DNA of 64,000 nt from the NCBI GenBank assembly GCA_918797485.1, contig CAKKNE010000005.1, positions 4,216,001-4,280,000 on the forward strand, given 5' to 3'. The translations under genes were made by a program, and so were the position numbers. The stretch is from Pelagomonas calceolata. Its lineage: Eukaryota. The notes under the pieces are model-generated. The model searched no databases. It was not told the origin of the DNA and saw only the letters and a program-made list of their open reading frames with translations. Positions within the stretch are counted from its first letter, which is position 1, and each line of letters opens with the position of its first letter. Positions 22,469 through 35,288 of the stretch are shown piece by piece.

Positions 22469-22579
22469 CGGTGCTTTTTGGAAGTTTACGTCACAGATTA
22501 GTACGGGTGCGAGTCGGCGACGCGAAGGGGGGAGGGGGCGCGAGATCAGAAAGATGGCGGCGCGACGAGGAAAGCTAGG

Positions 22580-25500
22580 CTAGGCCGGCGCGACGGAACC
22601 GTCGCCGCGGGCCGGCATCCGCAGGCACCAGAGCGCGCACGGGGCGCACACGCACCAGGTGACGAACATAAGTGCACACGCGACCTGCAGGCCCCAGTCG
22701 CTCCAGTAGAAGAACACGCCCCACTGGATGAGCTCCATGTCCCACGTGGTTCTTGTTGCTGGGCCGCGGGCGTTGTGCAGAGCTCTTGGGTCGTTGCGCC
22801 GACGCTTGGCATCGTTCGCGCACAAAGAGAGGGCCCCCAACACCAGATAACAGCCGAATTGGTAGCGGCAGCCGACGACCCACGCGTAGCGGTGGCACCC
22901 GAGGCACGTCGCCTCAAAGAAAGGCACCTTATCGAGTTCCTTCTGCGCCTCGTCGTCGGCCTCGGCCTGGAGCATCTCGGCGATCTCCCGGCCGAGCCGC
23001 GACTGCGCCAGACCCTCCTCGCCGCCGGCAATCCTCAAAAACACCTTCTCCATCGTCGCGCGCGCGAGCGAAAAGTCGATCACGCCGAGCCGCGCGCACG
23101 CGTCGTCGTCGAACGCGCGGAACGCGAGCGCCGGCGTCCGCCGCGGGTCGACGCCCGCGAGCTCGAGCGTCGCGATGTCCGCGTCCGCGGCGGCGACGTC
23201 GACGTCCGGCGACGAAAAGGCCTCGCGCGCGAACGCCACGAGGTCCGCAACGTGCGCGTCGTCCCGCGTCTCCAGGCGGCACGAGATTTCGTAGCCCGCC
23301 GCGTAGCGCTCCTTGAGCTCCTGCGGCGTCCCGATGCAGCGCATGGTGCCCTTGACCATGATGCCGACGCGGTCGCAGAGGAGATCGGCCTCGCCCATCG
23401 AGTGCGTCGTCAGGACGACGGCGCGGCCCTTCATCGTGACCTTGATGAGGTCCCAGAGATTCCTTTGCGCTCCTGGATCCAGGCCCGACGACGGCTCGTC
23501 CAGCAACACCACCGAGGGGCCGCCGACCAGCGCCACCGCGACCGCCAGCTTGCGCTTCATGCCCCCCGACAGGCGGCCCGCCGCTTTGTCGGCGTGGTCG
23601 GACAGGCCGACGACGGCGAGCGCTTGCTCCGCGGCATGGCGCGCGTCTCCTTCGATATCGACGCCCCGGAGCCGCGCGAAGAGACTCAGATGGTCTCGGC
23701 AGCTCAGGTGGTCCCAGAGGACGTTCTTTTGGTTGACGACGCCGAGCGCGCGCGCCGCCGCGTTCTCGAAGTCGAAAAGCACGCTCTTTCCCGCGACCCT
23801 GGCGTCCCCGGACGTCGGCTCGACGGCGCGGCAGACCATCGACACGGTCGTCGTCTTCCCGGCGCCGTTCGCGCCTAGTAAACCAAAGACCTGGCCCGTC
23901 GGCACGCCGAAGGCCGCGCACTGGACGGACTCGACGGCCGAACCGCCGAAGAACCGCGGCGGATATATCTTCCGCAGGTCCGAGACGACGAGGCCGTCGC
24001 GGTCCGCTGACTTGATGTCTCGCACGAGCGGCGGCGGGTACGGGTCGTCGCCCGGCGGCACGTTCCGCAGCATGGCGACGGTGTCACGCACGGCGGCGGA
24101 AAGGCTCATCCGCGGCTGCCGCGTCGGCGGCGCTTCCTCCTCCGGCTCGTCTACCACAATCTGGAAGTCGTCTTCGCCCGTCGACAGGGCGTCGCCCGCG
24201 CTCGCGGCGTCGCCCGCGCCGGTGAGCGCCGCGACGCGTGCGCGCTCCGCGGCGACGTCGTCGGGCATCGCGGTCGCGCGCGCCTTGGAGACACGCGTCT
24301 TCACCCAGGCGAGCGGGCGAAGGGCCCGTCGATCTTTAAAGAAGACTATTCCTTCATAAAGCACGATGTGGAACAAGGCGAAGATCACGGCCGCCCAGCC
24401 GCTCGGTAAAGGCGGGTCCGCGCGCTGCCGCCCCAGGGGCCCGTCGCCCGACGCCTCGAGAAATCCCGCGCGCTTCAGCTGCGGGTGGAAGGCCACCTTA
24501 CAGATCTGGACCGCCAAGTTGCCGAACGGCGTTGCGATCGATGCGAGCCACCCTATCTTACAGAGGAAATCTTGGCCGAGCATCTTGTCTGGATCGCTGG
24601 TGGCGACCCACCAGAGGCCCGCGAGCCCGGCCGGCGCCGCGCCGCCCAGGATAGCGATGAAAATGGGCGTCGACGCGACCGCGATGAGCGGAGAGTCGAA
24701 TGTCGTCGTCGCGAAGTGCGAGAAGCTCACGATCCCAGCGCTACAGAGCGGCAGTAAAATCCACAACCACGGCCAGCGTTCCATCCAGCGGCGGACGACA
24801 AATTTGGTTGCGTTCTGCCAGGCCCCGGCCCCGATGCCGTGGTCCCAGATGCTGCCGCAGTACCACTGCTTGATGGTATCGTAGGACTCGGAGCGCCACA
24901 GATCGTTCGGGTCTTCGTCGAAGCCCTGCGGGTACCTGCTTTTGAAAGCGTCCGCCATGGACTCGACGGTCGCATCGTAAGGCCCTAGGTCGAGCTGCTC
25001 CTTCCGAGCGGCCGCGTGGAGCTGCGCGTAGGTCGGCGCGCTGCTACATAACCGCTTGCGATATGCCATGCGCGTCGCCGCTAACATGAAAACGACGCAG
25101 ACCGAGCCGCCCACGAGTACCAGCGCGTCGCCGAGCCAGTTTCCCAGCCAGTACGTGAAGGTGTCGAGGCCCGAGACGGCCAATAGATTCCGCAGACCTC
25201 TGGCTCGCTCGCGGACGTAGGGCTCCACCACGAAGCCCGCCACAAGAAGATAGGCGGCCACCAGGACCCCCGCGACGAGGGTGTTGTAGTACTCCGCGTG
25301 TCTACTTTTGAAACCGAACGCCCGCTTTCCTTTGCCGGGCATTTGCGCGCGCACGACCAGCGGCATCGCCGCCGCCGCCACTTGGAGGAGCACCAGGGTC
25401 GTTCCATGTATCCCGGCGGAACAAAACGCTGAGGCGAAGACGGAGCCCAAAACTTCCACGACGAGGCCAACAAAGAATCCGGCGACGCCGCCGGCGGTCC

Positions 25501-28500
25501 GCGCCCGCGCGCGGCGGCCCGCCGCGCTCGCGGCCATGCGCCGAAACGTCTTTTTGCGCACGCTCAGGCATACGCTCCTGTGCGGAAATAAACCAGCGTT
25601 TTGGGTGCTTGGACTCTCCGCCCGTCGAAGAGTTAGAATTGAGCACTGAAAGCGCGCCAGCCCGTGAGCCATCCGACTAGGCATCCCGCGACCGCGCCGG
25701 CTGCCGACGTGGGTACGCCAAAGTACGGCCGGAGCCCAGCCTCGAGGCCGACCGCTACCGCCGTGGCTATCGCCCACGTCAGCCCTCCCGTAAAGGCGTG
25801 AAGAACGAAATGATGCTGCGCATTTAAACCACACACGCAAACGCCGAAAACGGAGCCGACGACGCATCCCGCGACCGAAAACGGCGCGGACAACGCGGCG
25901 CCTCCAATAAAACGTATGCCGCACTCCAAAGCAGCCAAGGCGAGTGTCGAAGCCGCAACGGCCGATCCGGCCGCCGTGCCCGCCGCCCACCCCCGGGGCG
26001 AATCCCGGCTTCCCTTTTCGGTCAAGCCCACAGCCAAGCCAACGATAAACCCCGAGGACAAAACCGCGGCGAGCACGGCGAAAGGCGTTGGCACGGTGAA
26101 AGTCGTGGCGCCGCCCTTGTCGCCGCGGGCGCGCTTGACGGCGCGCCGGAGCCCGCCGGGCAGCGCCGCGCCGCCGAGGACGAACTTTTTGATCCACACG
26201 AGGTCGTCTCTTATTTGCTGGAGCCTGTGTGGGAATCAAGAGGTGAGTCGAGGTCACTTTGATCTGTCTGCACCGCTGGGAGCCGAAACTGGACCACGGC
26301 CGCGACGAGCCTCCCCGCCGGCACCGGCTCGCCCGGCGCCGACGGCAGCAAGGCCCCGCCAACCAACGTCTCCGCCTCTACGGGCGCCGCCGCGCCCTCG
26401 ACCTGCTCGCCGACGGATATGAACACGTCCTCGAGCGACGTCGCCGTCACGGAAACGTCGACGAGACCCAAGCCGTCGGCCTCGGCCTCCAGCCCCTCGA
26501 AGAGAGCGGCGACGCGCGCCTTGGATGCGTGGATGGTGTACGTCGTCGTGACGTCGCGCGCGGAGTCCTCGAGGAGGGGGGCCTCGGCGCCGTCCGCCCA
26601 GTTCCGCGACGCGGAGAAGCTCGCGCCCCGGGTCGCGTTCAGGAGCGGGCTCTTAAATGATGAGGAAAAGCTTTTGGGTGTCGACCCGAGGAGCGGATTC
26701 GCGGCGTCCGTTTCGGTCGCCCGGCGGAGGTCCTCCTCGAGCTTCGAGGCCGCCGCTAGCTTGGCTTTGGGCATGTGCTGCGCAAAAACCGCTTTAAGTT
26801 GATCGCGCGCCGCGGCGGCCGTCGTCACCGCGATGTGAAGGCCGCCGGTCGACGTGCCGTCCGCTGCGTCGTCGCCCCCGCCGAAGTGCCGCTTCAGGAA
26901 AGATAGAGTGCCGCAGCACGTCACGCTCCCGGCCGCCATGATCGCCACCCGGTCCGCCAACGCTTCGGCCTCCTCCATGTGGTGCGTCGTGAGGAGCACC
27001 GACCGGTCGACGCGGACGTCGCGCAGCAGGGTCCAGACCTCGCGCCGCGCCACGGGGTCCATCCCCGCCGTCGGCTCGTCGAGGACCACGAGTCTGGACC
27101 CGCCGGTCAGCGCCGCGGCCATCATCACTTTGCGCTTCTGGCCGCCCGAGAGCTTGAGCGGAAACCCCTCGGCCATTTCCGTGAGGCGGAAGAGCTCCAG
27201 CAGGCCAGACGCCTCGTTCTCCGCTCTAGATTCCTCGACGCCCTTGAGCCGCGAGTAGAAAATGAGGTGCTCCCGGAGCGTGAGCCGAGGGAATAGCGCG
27301 TCGTGCTGCGGGCAGAAGCCGAGGAGCTGGCGGAGCCTATCCAAACCATCCGCGTCGGCTAAGGGGCCGAGCGTGCGGATCCCGAAGAAACTTGCGCTGC
27401 CGCCGTCGGGCGCCATTGCTCCAGTCATCATCGACATGGTGGTCGTCTTGCCCGCGCCGTTGTGACCCAGCAGGCAGAAAATCTCCGAGTCGCGGATCGC
27501 GAACGTCGCGTCGGATACGGCGACCTTCTTCCCGAAGACCTTCCGGAGGCCTCTTACCTGGACCGGCGCGTCGCTATCTTTATCATTCTCGAACCACTCG
27601 TCGTGGTCCACGAGCGGCGCCTTCTCCACGACCTCGTCCGGCGGCGGCGGTCGCCAGTACGCCTTCCGGAGGCAAAAGAGCAGGTCCTTGCCCTTGCCCC
27701 GCGCCGCCGACGTGGACACCTGGATCACGTACCACAGGACGGCCGCCCACAACACCACGGACACCATCAGCATGCAGTAGACCCCGGCCGTCCACGCGGA
27801 CTCGGGCCGCCAGCCCCGATCCTCAGTCTTCTCGTACCAGAAGGGCCAGACGTCCTCGCACATGAGGTGCTCGTCGGCGCAGGGCGCCGCCGTCAGCGAC
27901 TTCCTCGCCAGATGCTGCTCGAAGGCCTCGCGCCGCGGCCTCGGGGCTTTTTCCCAGCACTCTTTTCTACACTTCTCGCACGGGTAGCGCTCCCCCACAA
28001 AACCGTCGTCGACGAGCCAGCACCGCCAGCCCGCTCGTTTTTTCGTCGGGCTGAACGAGTCCACCAACAAATCGTAGGCGAACTGCGGCAGGAGCGCGCT
28101 TGCGAAGTGCGCGCGCGGCCGCGCCCGCAAGCGCCAGTTCGTTTTGTATCTCCGTTTCCCAACGTTCCAGGTCCGGAGCGGGGCCCAGAGCAAGTAGCAC
28201 CCGTGCAGGGCCGCGTGCAACAGGGGCGGGAGCCCCGCCGCGGCGATCTGCGACCGAAGGAGGCACGTGACCACCACGAAGGTCTGGAGGACGAGCGCCA
28301 GCAGAAAGAGCCAGTGGAGGGCGAAGAGCTCGAGGAACGCGGCGACCTCGAAACTCTTGCCGGCGCGCCGGAAGAGGCCCGGCGCGGCGCCCGCGGCGAT
28401 CGCGACGGCGACGCCGCCGCCGACGGCGACGCCCTCGACCAAAAAGGATGCGAGCCAGTAGGCCGCGTCGGCGCCGCCCGCCGCGCGCGTCGCCTCGCGC

Positions 28501-31500
28501 GTGCCTTGCGCAACGTCCCCCACCAACGCCGAGGCGACGACCTGGACCCACGGCACGAAGAACAACTGGAAGATGACGAGCTCGAAGTCGCCGTGGTTCG
28601 TGTCGAAGGTCGTCCGCTTGCGGGTCTTCGTGACGGCCGTCGGCGCGCTCGTCGCGCTCGTATCGCTTGCAACGGTGCTCCTCGCTAGCCGGTTCTCTTC
28701 CCTGGCGTTGTACAGTAACCACAGGACGCCGACGCCGAGGAGCGGGACGAATACTTGCTTGGCCAGCGCGGCGGTCGTGCGCTTTTTTATAATCCACGCC
28801 TTGCGCGCGAGGAGCGCGGTGCGTTCCGTGAGCGACGGCGGCTCGGCGGCGTGTTTCGGCGCGACGGCGCCGTCGCCCGCGGGCGCCGCCTCCGCGAGCG
28901 AGAAGAGCTGGCCCCTTTGGACGCCCTCCGGCACCTTGACCTTGATGCCATCGGGGCGGGTCACGATCGTGCCCGGCGGGCCCGGCGCCACGACCCAGGG
29001 GGCCGTCTGCTCCGTCCCGTCCTCCGCGGTGTAGACGGCCGCGGGCGGCCGCTTGACCAGGCATCGCCGGAAGGAGTCGCACAAGCAGTAGCAGTAGCGC
29101 GCGAGACAGGACCGCGCGGCCGCCGCTCCTTTCCTGAAGGGCCACGCGACGGCCGCGGCGCCGGCCGAAATTTTTCCCACGCACGGCGAGAGCTTCTCCA
29201 GAATTGGCGCGACGTGGCGTCCGAACCAGGAGCGCCGCTCGCAGAACTTCTCGTAGCGCGCGCGGACCTGCTCGCGGAACACGATGAGCAGCCCGCCGAA
29301 GAACAGGAAGAAAAAGAGCGCCGCGGCGCCCGCCCCTAATTGCCCGCTGAGCGTCACCGCGAGCACTACGGGAACGACCGTGACAAAAAGTAGCGCGGGC
29401 CGGCGCAGACAGAGCTCCAGACTCGCGAAGAACCAGCCGCCGCAGCACCAGAAGAGGCCCCACCGCGTCAGCTTCCCGTCCGCCGCCCAGTTCCGGATTT
29501 TCTGGAGCCGGGCGTAGCCCCAGCACGTCGGCTGCGATATGCAGCAGGCCCAGGCGACGCCCGCCGCCCAGAGACCCACGAGCGCCAGGATCGCCAGGAC
29601 CTGGCGCCAGGTCCACCACGTCGGGTCCGCGTCCCAGGCGATGGTCGCGTCGAAGCCGCAGACGTCCGGGATCGCCTCGCCGCCGCCCGCGTCGGGCCAC
29701 CGCTTCACCGCGTCCTTGAGCTTCTCGAAGAGGACCGGGTCGTGGCCGAGCTCGTCGCACGTCTTCCCGCAGGTCCCGAGGCAGCCGCTGTAGAACTCTC
29801 GCTCCGCGTCCTGCGCGCACGCGTCGGCCGCCGCCGCCGTCGGCCGCGCCTCGAGCCCGCTCCAGCGCCGCGGCGCGCGGGAAGAGGCCCAGAAGTGCGT
29901 CCACGGGTGCTCGACGTACGTCTCCGGTTGCTCATGTTCATGATGCTTTTCGTGATGCCGGTAGTACGGATCGCCCAGGGGTTCCACGCGGAAATCGGCG
30001 CCGTGCCACGGCGTCCGGTAGGGGGCCTCGCCGCTGATACTCGCAGATTCAGGAGCTCTGTCTGCGCAGCCGGCGCAAGTGTTTCTGCAGCCGGCGCAGC
30101 CGGCCTCGTCCCAGCGCTTCTTCTCCCGGAGCTGCGCGTGGAAGAAATCGCCGTCGGCGGTCACGACGCCGCAGGCCCGGATCCGCATCCGCTCGCCCTC
30201 CCACCGATTCTTCGCGGTGTGCGGCCAGGGCCGCCGACCCGGCAGGTCCGTACGCCACCACGACCGGTGGCAGGGGCTTCGGCCGTACCAGCCGAACCAG
30301 TAGTCCAGGAACGACCACCAGCGCCACTTGTGGGAGCGCACGTAGTACAGCGTCTGCGTGTCGGGGTCGCACCGCAGGTCGTCGCAGGCGTACGGCGCGC
30401 GCCGCGGCGAGAACCCGCAGGGCCGGTCGCGGACGTGCTCTATCCCCGCGGCGCGCCCGGTCCAGCCCGCGGTCCCCCCTTTTCCGTACAGCTCCTCGAT
30501 TTTGTGGGCCGGCACCGCGTCGTAGGCCGCGCCGAAGTACTTGAGGAGGACGTCGCACCGCCGCAGCCCGGTCTCGTGGAAGCAGACGGGGAGCGGCGCC
30601 ACGCAACCGGCCGGCGCCGTCGCGTTCGTGCAGCAGGCGCCGACGCCCGGCACGTAGTCCATGCCCGCGAGCCGGTGCCCGTCGGCGCAGTACCGCGCCG
30701 CGGCCGGCGGGCCGAAGGCGCGGAGCGCCACATCGGCTACATTGACGCCTTGGATGGGCGGTGCGACGCGCGAGCAGTCGTCGTTATAGTTCAGCCCAAG
30801 GTCGCCCGGGTCGCGGTCGACGACGTCCTCGAGGGCGGCGATCCGCGGCCCGCCGGGCTTGAACGAGCGGCAGGCGTCCGCGTTGCAGTCGCCGCGCCGC
30901 GTCGGCTTCGTGAACGGATCGGTTTTCCGTATCTCCCAATACTGGCCGCTCATGTCGTAGTGCGACCAGAAAGTAACTATTCTGGCGCGGCACTCGGTCT
31001 CGCGGAACCACTCGCCCTCGTCCCAGCCGTGGCGCGTCCCGTCGTCGACGATGTAGACCTTGCTCGTCGTGTTGGGGCAGTGGTCCGAAGAGTCGTCGCA
31101 GCAAAGGTAATGGAACTCGATGCCACCCGCTGCCCAGTGTGGGACAGGGAACTTCCCCTCGTTCGCGTGGGCCTCCCAGCACACCGCGCCCGCCCGGTCC
31201 ACTTCGGTGGCGGTCAACGCCTCCGCGTCGCCCTTGCAGCAGGTGAAGACGCAGGGCGCGTCCCCCGGCACGACCGTGTAGCCGTCCTCGCACACGGGGA
31301 CCTCGTTCGGCCCCGCGCAGCACTGGCCCCGGGGCGCTCGCGCGATCCCGTCCCAACAATTTTCGGATTGCATGGTCCAGGGCCGCTGCTCCGTGCATTC
31401 CGTGTGGTGGTCGCCGTGTTCGGTCCGTCGCGCCTTGCGCACCGAGCACGCGAGGTCGTCGACGCCGGGCCCGCAGGACCCGTCGTCGACGCCGCGGCGA

Positions 31501-34500
31501 ACGCGCGCGCACTCGCAGTCGGCGCTGAAGTCGCAGCAGTCGCCGCAGTCGTGGTACCCGACCGGGCACCACCCTTCGGGCTGGGACACGTTGTCGTGGT
31601 ACGCGAGGCTGCATATTTCCCAACCGCACACGAATGGGTAAGTACCATAGCGGCTGTCGTCGTTCCATCGTCCTGAGTCGGAGATCACGATGTAGGGCTC
31701 GTCGCCCCCCCCGTTGTTGGGCTCTCCGAATTCCCAGTTCTCGTAATCCCACGCCGTACCGTCCGACCAAGTCCACGTGCCCTCTTGGGCCGCATCGGAG
31801 CCCCCGATCCAGCATCCACCGTGACAAAGCGCCGCAACTGCCGCATTCTCGCTGGAGCTGTGGATTGACGCGAGGTCGTGATAGTGCGCGCGGCAGTACG
31901 CGCGCGCATCGTCAAAGCTCTTCGCTTGATCGACGTGCACGAAGGAGCCGCTGGTTGTAACACGTACGTTCTCCCCCTCGTGTATTGGTGCAAGCGTCGC
32001 CGTCGGCGTTGCTGTTGTCGGCGCCGGAGTCGGCGCGGGCGTCGCCGTCGGTGCTGCCGTTGTCGGCGCAGGAGTGGGCACGGGCTTGGCCCCGTTCCGC
32101 GAGCACAGGTACGACGACCGGCAGTTACGGCACCAGTAGTCAAAGAACTCAAAGCCCTCGTTTTCCGTCCAGCCGTGCGTGCCAAGCCAGCAGCCGGCTT
32201 CGTAGTCGCCGTTTGGCTCGCTGTAGCTCGACAACCGCATGAACCACGGATCCCCGGCAACGCTTTTCCAGCCGACGCCGCCGTACGTGGCCATAGCGTC
32301 GCTGTTCATCGCGTAGCCCTGGCACGAACCGCAGCCTCTCTCGTCGCGGTAAATGCCAACGAGTGGGTCATACCAGCCCGTCGCCTCGACGACGGCGAGC
32401 GCGTGCGCGTAGCTGCGCGGGACCCAGATGTCGAAGCCTGCCGGGCAGCTGTTCTCGTCCGTGTGGCGGCACGTATATTGGCCGTCCTCGACGAGCAGGA
32501 CGTCGTAGATCTCGCCGTCAGCCTCGACGCAGTAGCCCGTATGTCCTTCGTACTTAAATCTACCGGCCGAAGAGCAGTCCGACGGCCATGGCGCCGTCGG
32601 CGCGGAGGTAGGCGCTTCCGACCACGAGCAGATCTCCACAGAGTCCCAGGCGGCCTCGCAACCGTCGCAGTCCGCGCCGACGTAGGCATAGAGCGGTCCG
32701 GACGCGCCAATAGTGTCCGAGAGACTGAGGTCGCCACTGACTCCACTGACTTCCCCACAGCACTCGTACCTCTCCTCCTCGGGGCACCAATAATTCTGCC
32801 CGCCCGAGCGGGGCACGAAGCCCGCTACGCGACACCCGCGGGGCTCGTCCCAATGTTCCGACGCGCAACAGTCATCTCCGTAGTCGGTGCAGATGTCGTT
32901 TCGGCAGTCGATCGTCACCGTCTCCGCCTCGGTAGGGTCCCGAAACGTCACCGTCGACTCGTCGATCGTGATCTCGATGTCGTAGGTCTGCCGCGACGGA
33001 CTATAGGTGGACACGACGCCGGTCTGGCCGTAGATGGCCCGGTAATCGCAGTTCCACACGAACGTGACAAAGCCGGGGCGGTTGGACCACGGCGCGCCCG
33101 AATCAGTGCTTTGGGTGGAGACCTTTATGTAGTGGTCCGAACAATCGTCAGTCTTGTCGAGCGACCCGCTGATCATCAGCGGGGCCTCGATGATTGTATT
33201 CGCCGTGCGAATGTGCGCGCCATTGTTCGCGTTCTTGCAGACCAACACCCCGGCGCCGCTGAGCGCGCACTCGCCGTCGCCGCCGGCGGAAGACGTCCAC
33301 TGCGGGTCGAGGCTGGTCCCTTCGAAGTCGTCCGACACGCAGGTCGTGGTCGTCGGTGCAGCCGGCGGGGTCGGCCTGGGCGAGGGTGCGGGCGTGGGCC
33401 GCGGCTCCGCCAGTCGCGCCGTGCAACTACTATCGCAGGCGCAGTCCGCGTCGCGGTCGCAGCAATCGCCGCACTCGTAGTATCCTTCGGGGCACCGGGG
33501 CGTGCGCCATTCATGCGCGTAGGCGTCGCCACCGAGCCCGTCGCAGGAGCAGTCCGCGTCCTGGTCGCAGCAGTTGGCGCACGTGTAGTAGCCCGCGAGG
33601 CAGCCGTCGAAGTCCGTCGTTGGCTCGACGGCGCCCGGTTCCGTCGCGCAGCACTGGTACACCGCGTCCGGGTCCTCGCACGCCCCGTCGCGCGACACGC
33701 CGCCCGACCGGACGGCGTAGCCCGCGAGGCTGCACCCCGGCCGCTCGGGGAACGGCGCGCAGCAGTCCCACCCGTAGTCGGTGCAGATGTCGCTCCGGCA
33801 CGTCTCGTTCGCCGCCGGGCGGTTTCCGGCGGCGTCCGGGCACCCGAACTTGTACAATTGCCAGTCGTCCAGCGCCGCGATTCTCGCGGCGCAATGATCC
33901 GTGACGCAGCGACACGTGATGTCGGGACTCCAGTAGAAGTACTCGCCGTCGCACCCGGTCCCGGCGAGTGCGCGCACGGCGGCGGCGCACTCCTTGAGGC
34001 CCATGCGGGACCGCGCGCCGTCGTAATAGGACCAGGGATGGTCGATGATCTCGTACGCGCCCTCGCTGATTTGTCCGAGGCGGGCGGTGCGCGCGCAGGC
34101 GCGGTCGAAGACCGGGCCGACGTAGCTGGGCGACGAACAGTTCCCGCTGCCCGCGCACGTGATTATGACTCCCTGCGTGTCGTAGAGGTTCGAGGCCGGG
34201 AGGGCCTCGGGGGCGTGGCGCGCGTCGCACGTGAGGTAGCCCAGGGTCCCGTCGTGGCTATAGACCTCCGGCTCGAGGCGGCCGAGCGGCTCGAACACGC
34301 CGCTGCAATGTTCGTCCTTCGCGCACCTCTCCAGCAAAAACGGGACGAAGTCGTCCATGTACGGATCGTTTGCCGCGAGGGGCGTGCAGCGACGGTCAAA
34401 GGTGTAGGCGTACGGCCAGCGACAAGGAAGCGACAGCTGCCGGCTGCACTTCGAGTTGTCGCACACCGTCGGTGGCTCGGGCAGCTGCGGGATCCACGGC

Positions 34501-34889
34501 GCGTAGTCGCCGCAGCAGTACAAGAAGGAGTGGCCGCAGCTCGCCGCATCTGGGTACCGCACCGGATCATGATGGGTGTGGCAGGGATGCGGGTCGGGCG
34601 CGTGCTGGACGCTGTGCAGACTGCAGAGTGGTCCGTTCGCCCATTTCCCGTACTGAAGCCACTCGTCGCTGCCGTCCGACACGGGCACCCACGTGTCCGA
34701 GCTGTAAACGCCGCCATCGAACGGCGCACCGGTCGGACAGAGCTCTTCGGACGAGCAGAGGCCCTGGCCGCGGGACTCGCACTCCTCGCGCGCGGCGTTC
34801 CACGACACGGATGGCCGTTCACCGGCGGGGCTCGGTCGAGCGGCACTACTGACGAGCGCCGCGGCGACGACGACGCGACCGAGCCGCAT
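22580..34889 (-). CDS. Giant ABCA-family transporter with N-terminal Cys-rich / C-type lectin ectodomain, 3 exons (34889-26284, 26224-25658, 25577-22580), ~4056 aa
   Basis: Signal peptide. CTLD with WIG, EPN and WND. ABCA start LLARKAWIIKKR. NBD1 GHNGAGKTT/LSGGQ/LDEPT and NBD2 GANGAGKTT/LSGGM/LDEPS. Two GC-AG introns give a total of 12171 nt, divisible by 3. Confidence 0.8.
25578..25657 (-). mobile_element. GC-AG intron, 80 nt, introner-derived
   Basis: GCGCGCTT...GCACCC...CGCTGGTTTATTTCCGCACAG (TIR-like end). Restores LTGW|SVCLS. Confidence 0.7.
26225..26283 (-). mobile_element. GC-AG intron, 59 nt, introner-derived
   Basis: GCTCCCAG+CGGTGCAGACAGATCAA...TTGATTCCCACACAG|GCTCCAGC. Near-intact TSD and right TIR matching 14/15. 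Confidence 0.8.
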
Positions 34890-35074
34890 CGTCACCGGCG
34901 CTGCTCACTCCGCTTGTGCTTGGTTGGCACGCTGCCCCCGTCCTACGAGTCGCAGTGCGCTTGATGGTCCTTGCTCCGCTTGCATGGGCACGGCACGCTG
35001 CTCACCAATCGCACTGCCTGCCAGTTGGCACGGCCGGCTGCCCCGTAATACAAAAAGCAGCGCTCTGAATAATA

Positions 35075-35101
35075 GCTAGCGGCCTTGTAAGACACTAGCA
35101 G
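35075..35101 (-). promoter_or_regulatory. Conserved intergenic motif copy 5
   Basis: + strand GCTAGCGGCCTTGTAAGACACTAGCAG between divergent genes. Confidence 0.75.
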
Positions 35102-35288
35102 TAAATGCAACAAGCGGCGCGCCTCATTTGAAGCCGAACCTGTGCACATATAAGCGCACGTGCGCGAGGGGGGTCCAATTTATCGCAAACACTGCGGCTG
35201 CGCCCTGTGTGTTGCGGCGGTGTGCCCAATAGCAGCCAGGCGCCGCCCCCCCCCGATCGACAGCAGCTGCGAGCCACACGCCGCATTG

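Noticed and set aside
22580..26362. 1260-aa ORF as an independent half-size ABCA gene
   Set aside because: Its first ~260 codons are off-frame or intronic sequence. It is exon 3 of the giant ABCA.
31878..34964. 1028-aa + strand ORF, and similar long antisense or alternate-frame ORFs (29742-31676, 27967-29904, 35180-36853, 37173-38462)
   Set aside because: Shadow ORFs of GC-rich genes: Arg/Ala/Pro-biased, no motifs, and fully overlapping well-supported CDSs.
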